Assembly: GCF_958304185.2 (NCBI RefSeq)
Contig: NZ_CAXXCI010000002.1
Coordinates: 27,221-91,220 of the forward strand
Reading direction: 5' to 3'
Origin: an uncultured Erythrobacter sp.
Lineage (GTDB): Bacteria; Pseudomonadota; Alphaproteobacteria; Sphingomonadales; Sphingomonadaceae
Length of the DNA: 64,000 nt
Of the stretch, positions 20,709 through 28,891 are shown piece after piece (the stretch's first letter is position 1; every line of letters begins with the position of its first letter). The notes under the pieces are model-generated. The model was not told where the DNA came from. It did not search any database and worked only from the letters and a program-made list of their open reading frames with translations. Made by a program: the position numbers and the translations under genes.

Positions 20709-20838
20709 GCCCTACCGCTGCGCTACTTGAGGGAGTCTTTGCTGCCCTATCGCTGCGCTACATGAGGGAGTCTTTGCTGCCCTACCGCTGCGCTACTTGA
20801 GGGCGTATTTTCTGGCCTACCGCTCCGCTACTTGAGGG
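20709..20838. repeat. tandem direct repeat array, 4 copies, 35-bp period
   Basis: The core gccctaccgctgcgctacttgaggg starts at 20709, 20744, 20779 and 20814 with 1-3 mismatches. The 10-nt spacers are agtctttgct (twice) and cgtattttct. Confidence 0.9.
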
Positions 20839-20850
20839 CGGGCACCAAAA

Positions 20851-21090
20851 TCACCAAATCGGAAAGCGCCCATCCCCGCAAATCAACAGCTCATTGGCGA
20901 GCGTGATCGCCCGGATCTCGTCAGGCGTTTCAACCTTCACCCCAATCCGCCCGGCCTCCACATGGGCGAGCCAACTGGCAATGAACGCCTCCCCGCCCGG
21001 ATCGCGCAGATCGGTCGGCCCGACAGGCAGCTTGCGCGACGGATCATAGGGCGAGGGGTTGGTGAGATAGAGCTCGTGACACGTAATCAT
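20851..21090 (-). CDS. hypothetical protein (79 aa)
   Basis: ATG-initiated ORF with host-like GC content. No family recognised. Its stop lies 13 nt from the tandem array. Confidence 0.35.
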   Translation of the reverse strand: MITCHELYLTNPSPYDPSRKLPVGPTDLRDPGGEAFIASWLAHVEAGRIGVKVETPDEIRAITLANELLICGDGRFPIW

Positions 21091-21368
21091 CCGCGCGGGT
21101 CTCCTGCGAGAGAGGACAAGACGCGCCGGACGACCCGAGCCGCCGCAAGAACGCCCCCGCCACGTCAGGGCTTCGCGGAGCCGACGGGCGCAGGAGAGCG
21201 GATGCGGCGCGAGCGGGCTGATCGGCGCGGGCGGGACGGTAGTGGGGTGTGGGGGGTGTAGGAAAGGGAACGAATTTTTCTGTCACATTATAGTGAACCT
21301 ACTGCCTCAAGAATCCACAAAAGCGTTTCATCAAGCACTTGGCTTTTTGTTTGAAGCAAGGGACAACC

Positions 21369-23045
21369 ATGGCGAAAGGAAAAAACGCAATGGCTGTCGT
21401 ATTAAGACGGGGCATGTCAATCGGTGCTATGGCTGCTGAGGACGACCTCAAATTCTTGTCCGACTGCTTCATTGAGACGGGTCAAGCTGCACAGTTAGTG
21501 GATATAAACTCACCGCGCTGCATCGCACTTGGTCGAACAGGTTCAGGTAAGAGCGCCCTACTGATCCATATTGAGCAATCTGAAAGAAATTATGCGAATG
21601 TCGACCCAGAAGACCTTTCACTCCGTTACATAAGCAACTCTGACATTCTCCGGTTTTTTGAAGAAATTGATGTAAATTTGGATGTATTCTACCAGCTACT
21701 TTGGCGTCATATTCTTGTAGTCGAGCTGCTGAAACTTAAGAAGGAATTCCATGATAAAGATTCCGCCACTCGTTGGTTCGCTGGAATCTACAACAGCTTC
21801 GACAAGAACCCAAAGAGGCAGGCCGCCCTGGCTTACCTTACTGAGTTTAATGGCAGCTTTTGGCTCGACACTGAAAAGCGAATTCGGCAGGTCGTCGATC
21901 GGATCGAAGAATCTCTTCAACAATCGCTTGGCATGGATGCACAAACCCTAAGGAGTAGAGTTGCCGCGATGGCAACGTCAGGAAAGAAAAAGGAAAAAGA
22001 AGAGACATCAGAAATCATTAATCGAGCGCAAAAGGTAGTAAGTGAAGTACAAATTCAAGAACTAAATGAACTCATGAAATTTCTGTCAGAGGATATTTTT
22101 AAAGATAGAATGAATAAGTACTATCTCCTTATTGATGATCTTGATCGCGGTTGGGTCCATGATGCGCTAAGGTTTAAGTTGATCAGGGCTCTTATTGAAA
22201 CGATTAGAAAGTTTCGCAGGGTTTCTAACGTAAAAATTATAATTAGTCTTCGCGCCGACCTTTTTCATATGGTAATGAATAAAACTGAGGGCAAGGGGTT
22301 TCAATCGGAGAAATTTGATGACCTCATGCTTAGGATTAAATGGTCAAAATCAGATTTAAAGAATCTGCTCGAAGCTCGAATAAATGAAGTCTTCAAAGAC
22401 CAATACACAGGCCGTAGTTTAAAATTTGAAGATATATTCACCTCTAACATTGGCGACACCGATCCTTTGAGTTATATGCTTGACAGGTCACTTTATCGAC
22501 CAAGAGACATATTGTCGTTTGTCAATCAGTGCTTCGAAGATGCCGAAGTCGGTGCCTCATCGATTAGCGCCAGAGTTCTCCGTAAGGCAGAAACGGAATA
22601 TTCCAACAAACGCTTACTCGCAATTGCAGATGAATGGCGTGAAGCTTATGGTGACCTTGAATATGTTATAGAAAGTCTTGGCAACTTGGAGCCAAGATTT
22701 TCGTATCACGATCTAAGTGACCAATTCTTTGAGGATTTCTGCCTTCAGGTCCTTGCGGGTGATCATACATTTTCCGGTCGATTTGCCATGGTGTGCAATG
22801 GGATTACACAGAATTCTACACCTCACTATCATCAGATAAGAAAGATGTATGTTGAGACGCTATATATTATAGGTGCAATCGGAGTGAAGCGATCTTCCGG
22901 ATCAAAGTTCGAATGGAGCTTTAAGAACGAACCTGTTCTTAATCCCTCGATACTCGACCAAGATACACGATTTTGTGTTCACCCTATGCTTCATCGACGT
23001 CTGAATATGAAAGCGGATGGCTCAACCTTTAATGTTTCCAATTAA
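21369..23045 (+). CDS. orphan P-loop NTPase, KAP/STAND-like, on an AT-rich block
   Basis: First ATG at 21369, with an aaggga Shine-Dalgarno 5 nt upstream; the ORF opens at TTG 21339. Walker A GRTGSGKS is at 21531-21554 and Walker B YYLLIDDLDR at 22119-22148. IIISLRADLF and YRPRDILSF follow. Codon usage is A/T-rich, unlike the neighbouring genes. Confidence 0.85.
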   Translation: MAKGKNAMAVVLRRGMSIGAMAAEDDLKFLSDCFIETGQAAQLVDINSPRCIALGRTGSGKSALLIHIEQSERNYANVDPEDLSLRYISNSDILRFFEEIDVNLDVFYQLLWRHILVVELLKLKKEFHDKDSATRWFAGIYNSFDKNPKRQAALAYLTEFNGSFWLDTEKRIRQVVDRIEESLQQSLGMDAQTLRSRVAAMATSGKKKEKEETSEIINRAQKVVSEVQIQELNELMKFLSEDIFKDRMNKYYLLIDDLDRGWVHDALRFKLIRALIETIRKFRRVSNVKIIISLRADLFHMVMNKTEGKGFQSEKFDDLMLRIKWSKSDLKNLLEARINEVFKDQYTGRSLKFEDIFTSNIGDTDPLSYMLDRSLYRPRDILSFVNQCFEDAEVGASSISARVLRKAETEYSNKRLLAIADEWREAYGDLEYVIESLGNLEPRFSYHDLSDQFFEDFCLQVLAGDHTFSGRFAMVCNGITQNSTPHYHQIRKMYVETLYIIGAIGVKRSSGSKFEWSFKNEPVLNPSILDQDTRFCVHPMLHRRLNMKADGSTFNVSN

Positions 23046-23074
23046 GATTACAGCCCATCCACCAAGTACGACCT

Positions 23075-23720
23075 TTGCGCTCCCCGCCGCGCACGCCGCA
23101 AGCGCGCGCAGCGCGCGCCTCAGCATGGATGCTGAAACAAGTTCAGCATGACGGATAGGCAGGGACGTTGCGGTTGCGAACCCTAACGCGAGACGCTCAC
23201 AAACGTCCGTAGGTTGGCAGGGCCCCTCTGCGCCTCTCCTTCCCTCTGCGGTCTCTGCGTGAAACACACTGTCTTTGCCGGGGAGCGACGGTGCGCAGGG
23301 CTTCGAGCGTCGTACACCCACCCCCGGCCCCGATACCTGCCCCGGCGGAGCCGAAGGCGTGGCGAAGCCACAACGCCGGGGTCAAGGGCGGGGGGAAGGC
23401 GCGGTTCGGGACGCTGATGCCTCACCGCTCGTCACCCTGAACTTGGTTCAGGGTCCATCCTGCCTCTCGCTCGGGCAGTGCAATCTGCGGAATGGATGCT
23501 GAAACAAGTTCAGCATGACGGGGTTTGGCGACGGCGCGCAGAAACTCAAGCTTGCCCCTCCACCATCCTGCGGATGGTCCCTCCTTCGACAGGCTCAGGA
23601 CAGGCTCTCCCCTTGAAGGAGAGGATTGCACTCTTGGCTTCTTGGCGGCTTGGCGCGAACCCTCATGAGCCCACCGCCCTTCGACAGGCTCATGAGGCCC
23701 CCGCCTGCGCGGGGGCTCAC
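23075..23720. repeat. pile-up of several REP/MITE-like hairpin elements
   Basis: A 30-bp perfect direct repeat, atggatgctgaaacaagttcagcatgacgg, occurs at 23125-23154 and 23492-23521; each copy is palindromic. Also present are the ctgaacttggttcag hairpin (~23445-23460), the ctctgcg..ctctgcgtgaaac element (~23230-23265) and gcccccgc-ctgc-gcgggggc (23697-23716). Confidence 0.8.
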
Positions 23721-23721
23721 A

Positions 23722-26691
23722 TCAGGTCTTGAGGAGCGGCGCCAGATACTGCCCCGTAAAGCTCCGCGGCTCCTTCACCACCTGCTCGGGCGTGCCTTCC
23801 GCGACGATCTCGCCGCCGCGCACGCCGCCTTCGGGGCCGAGGTCGATGATCCAGTCGGCGGTCTTGATCACGTCGAGGTTGTGTTCGATCACCACGACCG
23901 AGTTGCCGCCCTCCACCAGCCGGTGCAGCACTTCGAGCAGTTTGCGCACGTCCTCGAAATGCAGGCCGGTGGTCGGCTCGTCGAGGATGTAGAGCGTCTG
24001 GCCGGTGCTGCGGCGCGCGAGTTCCTTGGCGAGTTTCACCCGCTGCGCCTCGCCGCCGGACAGGGTGGTCGCCTGCTGGCCGACCTTGACGTAGCCGAGA
24101 CCGACCTCGTTCAGCATCCGCATCTTCTCGCGGATCGGGGGGACGGCCTTGAAGAACTCCTCGGCATCCTCGATCGTCATGTCGAGCACGTCGGCGATGG
24201 AGTGGCCCTTGAACTTCACCTCGAGCGTCTCGCGGTTGTAGCGTTTGCCGCCGCATTCCTCGCAGGTGACGTAGACGTCGGGGAGGAAGTGCATCTCGAT
24301 CTTGATGAGGCCGTCGCCCTGGCACTTCTCGCAGCGGCCGCCCTTGACGTTGAAGGAGAAGCGGCCGGGCTTGTACCCGCGGGCGAGGCTTTCGGGGAGG
24401 CCGGCGAACCAGTCGCGGATCTGGGTGAAGGCGCCGGTGTAGGTGGCGGGGTTGGAGCGCGGGGTGCGGCCGATGGGGGACTGGTCGATCTCGATGACCT
24501 TGTCGCAGTATTCGAGCCCGGTGATGGCGTCATGCGCCCCCGCGATCACCCGCGCGCCGTTAAGCGCCCGCGCCGCGCCGGCTTGCAGCGTGTCGATGGT
24601 GAGGCTGGATTTGCCCGAGCCGGAGACCCCGGTGATGCAAGTGAAGGTGCCGAGCGGGATCTTGGCCGTCACGCCCTTGAGGTTGTTGGCGCGCGCGTTC
24701 TTGACCACGATCTTGTGGCCGTTGCCCTTGCGGCGCTTGGCCGGGACTTCGATCTTGCGCTTGCCGGTGAGGTAGTCGGCGGTGAGGCTGCCCTTGGCCT
24801 TGAGGATCTGCTTCAGGGTGCCCTGCGCGACGATCTCGCCCCCGTGCACCCCCGCGCCCGGGCCAAGGTCGACGATGTAGTCGGCGGTGCGGATGGCGTC
24901 CTCGTCATGCTCGACGACGATGACGGTGTTGCCGAGATCGCGCAGGCGTTTGAGGGTTTCGAGCAGCCGGTCATTGTCGCGCTGGTGGAGGCCGATGCTG
25001 GGCTCATCGAGGACGTAGAGCACGCCGGAGAGGCCGGAGCCGATCTGCGAGGCGAGGCGGATGCGCTGGCTCTCCCCACCCGATAGCGTGCCGGAGGTGC
25101 GGTCGAGGTTGAGGTAGTCAAGGCCCACGTTGTCGAGGAAGCCAAGCCGCTCGTTGATCTCCTTCAGGATCGCCTTGGCAATCTGGCTTTGCTGCGAGGT
25201 CAGCTGCGCGTCCAATGCGAGGAACCACGCCTTGGCATCCGCCACGCTCATCGCGACGGGAGTGGCGATGTCGGTCTGGGCGATGCGGACGCTCAGCGCC
25301 TTTTCATTGAGGCGCTTGCCGCCGCAGGTCTCGCACGCCTGCGCTGTCTGGTACTTGGACAGCTCCTCCTGCATCCACGCGCTTTCGGTCTGCATCATGC
25401 GGCGGTTGAGGTTGCCGATGACGCCCTCGAACGCCTTGTTGACGGTGTATTCGCGGCGGCCATCCTTGAAGGTCAGCGGCACCGGCATCCCGCCCGTGCC
25501 GTGGAGGATGATGAGTTTCTGTTCGGGCGCGAGGTCTTTCCACGGCGTCGTCAGGTCGAAGCCATACGCCTTCGCGAGGCTGGCGAGCACCTGCATATAG
25601 TAAGGCGACGGCGGGTTGGACTTGGCCCACGGCACCACCGCGCCCTGCTTCAAAGTCAATGCCTCGTTCGGGACGACCAGCTGCGGGTCGAACAGCATCT
25701 TCTCGCCGATCCCGTCGCACGCGGGGCAGGCGCCTTGCGGGGCGTTGAACGAGAACAGGCGCGGTTCGATCTCCTCGATGGTGAAGCCGCTCACCGGGCA
25801 GGCGAACTTCTCGGAGAAGACGATGCGGTTGGGCGGCAGGCCCGCGCCCTTCATCTTGCCACCATCCTGAGCGTGAGTCCCCGCGGCGGCGGGGACCTCA
25901 GTCGGTAGTGCGCCATTGCCTGAGGCCCCCGCCTGCGCGGGGGCGCGCGATACGAGATCAGCCACGGTCGTGTCGGCCAAATCGACAAACGCCAGCCCCT
26001 CGGCCAGCTTCAACGCCTGTTCGAAGCTTTCGGCGAGGCGGGTTTCGATGCCCTCCTTCACCGCGATCCGGTCAACCACCACTTCGATGTCATGCTTGAA
26101 CTTCTTGTCGAGCGCGGGGGCTTCCTCAATCGGGTAAATCTCCCCGTCGATCCGTACGCGGGTGAAGCCGCTGCGCTGCCATTCGGCCAGCTCCTTGCGG
26201 TATTCCCCCTTGCGCCCGCGCACCACCGGAGCGAGCAGGAACAAGCGTGTGCCTTCTGGCAGAGCCATCACCCGGTCGACCATCTGGCTGACGGTCTGGG
26301 CGCTGATCGGCAGGCCGGTCGTGGGCGAATAGGGCGTGCCGACCCGTGCCCACAGCAGTCGCATATAGTCGTAGATCTCGGTGACGGTCGCCACGGTCGA
26401 GCGCGGATTGCGGCTCGTCGTCTTCTGCTCGATCGAGATCGCGGGGCTCAGTCCGTCGATATGCTCGACATCGGGCTTCTGCATCATTTCGAGGAACTGG
26501 CGCGCATAGGCGCTGAGGCTCTCGACATAGCGCCGCTGCCCCTCGGCATAGATGGTGTCGAAGGCGAGGCTGGATTTGCCGCTGCCCGACAGGCCCGTCA
26601 CCACGATCAGCGCATCACGCGGCAGATCAATGTCGATACCCTTGAGGTTATGTTCGCGCGCGCCGCGCACGGAGATGGTGGTGAGGCTCAT
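23722..26691 (-). CDS. uvrA: excinuclease ABC subunit UvrA
   Basis: 989 aa beginning [26 protein letters not shown]. Two ABC modules ([20 protein letters not shown]), zinc fingers, and [12 protein letters not shown]. Confidence 0.97.
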   Translation of the reverse strand: MSLTTISVRGAREHNLKGIDIDLPRDALIVVTGLSGSGKSSLAFDTIYAEGQRRYVESLSAYARQFLEMMQKPDVEHIDGLSPAISIEQKTTSRNPRSTVATVTEIYDYMRLLWARVGTPYSPTTGLPISAQTVSQMVDRVMALPEGTRLFLLAPVVRGRKGEYRKELAEWQRSGFTRVRIDGEIYPIEEAPALDKKFKHDIEVVVDRIAVKEGIETRLAESFEQALKLAEGLAFVDLADTTVADLVSRAPAQAGASGNGALPTEVPAAAGTHAQDGGKMKGAGLPPNRIVFSEKFACPVSGFTIEEIEPRLFSFNAPQGACPACDGIGEKMLFDPQLVVPNEALTLKQGAVVPWAKSNPPSPYYMQVLASLAKAYGFDLTTPWKDLAPEQKLIILHGTGGMPVPLTFKDGRREYTVNKAFEGVIGNLNRRMMQTESAWMQEELSKYQTAQACETCGGKRLNEKALSVRIAQTDIATPVAMSVADAKAWFLALDAQLTSQQSQIAKAILKEINERLGFLDNVGLDYLNLDRTSGTLSGGESQRIRLASQIGSGLSGVLYVLDEPSIGLHQRDNDRLLETLKRLRDLGNTVIVVEHDEDAIRTADYIVDLGPGAGVHGGEIVAQGTLKQILKAKGSLTADYLTGKRKIEVPAKRRKGNGHKIVVKNARANNLKGVTAKIPLGTFTCITGVSGSGKSSLTIDTLQAGAARALNGARVIAGAHDAITGLEYCDKVIEIDQSPIGRTPRSNPATYTGAFTQIRDWFAGLPESLARGYKPGRFSFNVKGGRCEKCQGDGLIKIEMHFLPDVYVTCEECGGKRYNRETLEVKFKGHSIADVLDMTIEDAEEFFKAVPPIREKMRMLNEVGLGYVKVGQQATTLSGGEAQRVKLAKELARRSTGQTLYILDEPTTGLHFEDVRKLLEVLHRLVEGGNSVVVIEHNLDVIKTADWIIDLGPEGGVRGGEIVAEGTPEQVVKEPRSFTGQYLAPLLKT
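25875..25944. repeat. double-hairpin REP-like element embedded in frame in uvrA
   Basis: Hairpins gtccccgc-ggcg-gcggggac (25877-25896) and gcccccgc-ctgc-gcgggggc (25925-25944). The same modules and linker blocks occur at 54570-54642. Translated as [26 protein letters not shown]. Confidence 0.75.
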
Positions 26692-26702
26692 GGGTGCAAT
26701 CT

Positions 26703-26717
26703 GTTCCGGAAATGTTC
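26703..26717 (-). promoter_or_regulatory. alphaproteobacterial LexA (SOS) box GAAC-N7-GAAC upstream of uvrA
   Basis: The plus strand reads gttccggaaatgttc, so the minus strand reads GAACATTTCCGGAAC. It ends 12 nt upstream of the uvrA ATG (26691). Confidence 0.65.
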
Positions 26718-26953
26718 GCGTGGGTCAAGGGCGGCGCGGCGGGGTTATCCGCAAGGCACCACAGATGGGGACGGGCTTCAGGGGGTGCAACGGGCGAAGC
26801 GCCGTGCGGTTTCCCGGTTCCTGCCACGATGGCCCAGAGCGCCGGACCGTAAAAAGCAAATCGAATGATATTATGGCGACCCGGAATAGCATCCACCTCG
26901 CGCGGCACCCCGTGCAAAACGCGCGGTGCAAAAGCCAGCCCCATACTTCCCCA

Positions 26954-26978
26954 CCTACTTATCAATATGTTAAGTAGG
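26954..26978. repeat. AT-rich perfect 8-bp-arm palindrome
   Basis: cctactta-tcaatatgt-taagtagg, within a locally AT-rich intergenic patch upstream of uvrA. Confidence 0.5.
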
Positions 26979-27121
26979 CCTATAGAAAAACTGAAGTCGC
27001 CCAAGCAACGCAGATCCATCAGACCGACACTCGCTTTGCGGTTCCTCGGCCGGGTCCTTTCAGGGTCGCAACCTGGCTCTTCGCAAAGGCGTGGCCGGGG
27101 GCCGGAACATGGCTGGGAGGG

Positions 27122-27892
27122 CTACCCCCTGCTCCTCTCAGTCTGTTCCGGTTCCTCTGCCGCGATCAGGGCTTGCGCTCCCGGATCGCCGAGCCACCGC
27201 GCCCGAACCCCCCATCCTTGCGCGATCACTTGAGGCGCCAATGCGGTGTGCGGCGGGCCGTCTGCGATCAGGTGGCCGTCCTTCATCACCAGCACCCGGT
27301 CGGCATGATTCATCGCCAGCCCAAGATCGTGGAGCACCACGACCACGCCCTGCCCGGCCTGCGCGCACGCCTTGAGGTGGGCAGTCAGGCTGAACTGGTG
27401 CGCCAGATCGAGCGCGGCGAGCGGCTCGTCAGCGAGGATCCAGCGCGGTTCGCCTGCCAGCACGCGCGCGAGCAGCACCCGTGCGCGCTCTCCGCCTGAA
27501 AGCTGGCTGACGGGGCGATGGCGCAGGGGTTCGAGGTCGAGCGCGGACAGCGCCGCCTGGATCGCATCCCTCCCCCGGTCGCGCCACGGCAGGCGGCCCA
27601 GCGCCACCAGCGCCTCGACCGCGACGTCCCACGCGACATCGGGCGCTTGCGGCAAATAGCCGATGTTTTGCGCCCGGACGCGAGGGTGCAGGCGGGCGAG
27701 GCTCTCGCCATCCAGCGTGACGCTGCCCGAGGCTGGCACCAGCAATCCGGCCAGCCCCAGCAGCAGCGATGATTTGCCCGCGCCATTAGGGCCGACAATC
27801 GCGGTGATGGTGCCGGGCTGGAGCGCGGCGGACAGGCCGGTCACGACTTCGCGCCCGCCGCGCATTAGGGCTAGGTTGTCCGCCGCCAGCAT
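27122..27892 (-). CDS. ABC transporter ATP-binding protein (FecE/BtuD-like)
   Basis: Walker A GPNGAGKSSL, signature LSGGERARV and Walker B ILADEP. 256 aa. Confidence 0.9.
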   Translation of the reverse strand: MLAADNLALMRGGREVVTGLSAALQPGTITAIVGPNGAGKSSLLLGLAGLLVPASGSVTLDGESLARLHPRVRAQNIGYLPQAPDVAWDVAVEALVALGRLPWRDRGRDAIQAALSALDLEPLRHRPVSQLSGGERARVLLARVLAGEPRWILADEPLAALDLAHQFSLTAHLKACAQAGQGVVVVLHDLGLAMNHADRVLVMKDGHLIADGPPHTALAPQVIAQGWGVRARWLGDPGAQALIAAEEPEQTERSRG

Positions 27893-28891
27893 CTAGAGCC
27901 GCCCTTGCCGCATACGCAGCAGCAGCCAGCCGAAAAACGGCGCGCCAATCAGCGAGAGCGCGATGCCGAGCCGCAGCTCGGTGACCAGCGGCAGCACCCG
28001 CACTACACTGTCGGCGGCCAGCACCAGACAGGCCCCCGCCAGCGCGCTCGGGAGGATCAGGCTTGATGGCAGGCGGTTCGTGAAAGGGCGCACCAGATGC
28101 GGCACGACCAGGCCGACAAAGCCGATGATGCCGGCCACCGCGACGCCCGCGCCCACGGTCAGCCCGATGCCGACCACCAGCAGCGCGAGCAGTCGGCGCG
28201 GCTCCATGCCCATCGAACGCGCCGCCTCCTCACCCAGGGTTAGCGCGTCGAGGCTGCGCGCAGCGAGCGCCAGCACGGCGATCCCGGCGATGGTGAGCGG
28301 GGTTGCGATCCAAACCTCACGCCACGACCGGTCGGTTAGCGCGCCGTTGAGCCACATGACGATCTCGCTGAGGGCAAAGGGATTGGGCGCGAGTGTGATC
28401 GCCAGCGCGGTCAAAGCGCCCGCAAGGCTCGCCAGCATCAGGCCCGCCAGCGTGAACAGCGCGATGCCGCCGCCCGCCCCGCCCGCCGCATCGGACGATG
28501 TGCGCCCGGCGATCAGCGCGAGGAGCGCCATGCCGAGGCCTGCTCCGGCAAGCGCCATCAGCGGCAGGCTCCACGCAGCCCACGCGGGCGGGATCGCAGT
28601 GCCAAGCCAGAAACTCGCCACTGCGCCCAGCGCCGCCATCGGCGCGATCCCGAACAGGCCGGGATCGGCGAGCGGGTTGCGCAGGTATCCCTGCATCGCC
28701 GCCCCCGCCGCGCCAAGGCCAGCGCCGATGGTAATCGCCAGCACCGCGCGGGGCAGGCGCAGTTCGGCAAGGATCAGCAGCGTGTTACCGGGGCCGAAAT
28801 CGGCGGGCGCAATCCACACGCGCCCGGCCAGCAGCGACAGGGGCACCAGCACTGCGAGCATCACCGCGAAGATCAGGCTGGCGCGGTTCAA
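27893..28891 (-). CDS. FecCD-family iron-chelate/cobalamin ABC permease
   Basis: Polytopic, with a family-typical GAGLGAAGAAMQGYLRNPLADPGLFG. There is no ATG. I chose the TTG at 28891 because it forms a TTGA overlap with the upstream stop. The alternative is TTG at 28963. Confidence 0.8.
   Translation of the reverse strand: MNRASLIFAVMLAVLVPLSLLAGRVWIAPADFGPGNTLLILAELRLPRAVLAITIGAGLGAAGAAMQGYLRNPLADPGLFGIAPMAALGAVASFWLGTAIPPAWAAWSLPLMALAGAGLGMALLALIAGRTSSDAAGGAGGGIALFTLAGLMLASLAGALTALAITLAPNPFALSEIVMWLNGALTDRSWREVWIATPLTIAGIAVLALAARSLDALTLGEEAARSMGMEPRRLLALLVVGIGLTVGAGVAVAGIIGFVGLVVPHLVRPFTNRLPSSLILPSALAGACLVLAADSVVRVLPLVTELRLGIALSLIGAPFFGWLLLRMRQGRL

Noticed and set aside
20709-20838. Possible CRISPR array
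   Set aside because: The 35-bp period leaves only 10-nt spacers, two of which are identical. There are no cas genes and only four copies. This is a tandem direct repeat, not a CRISPR array.
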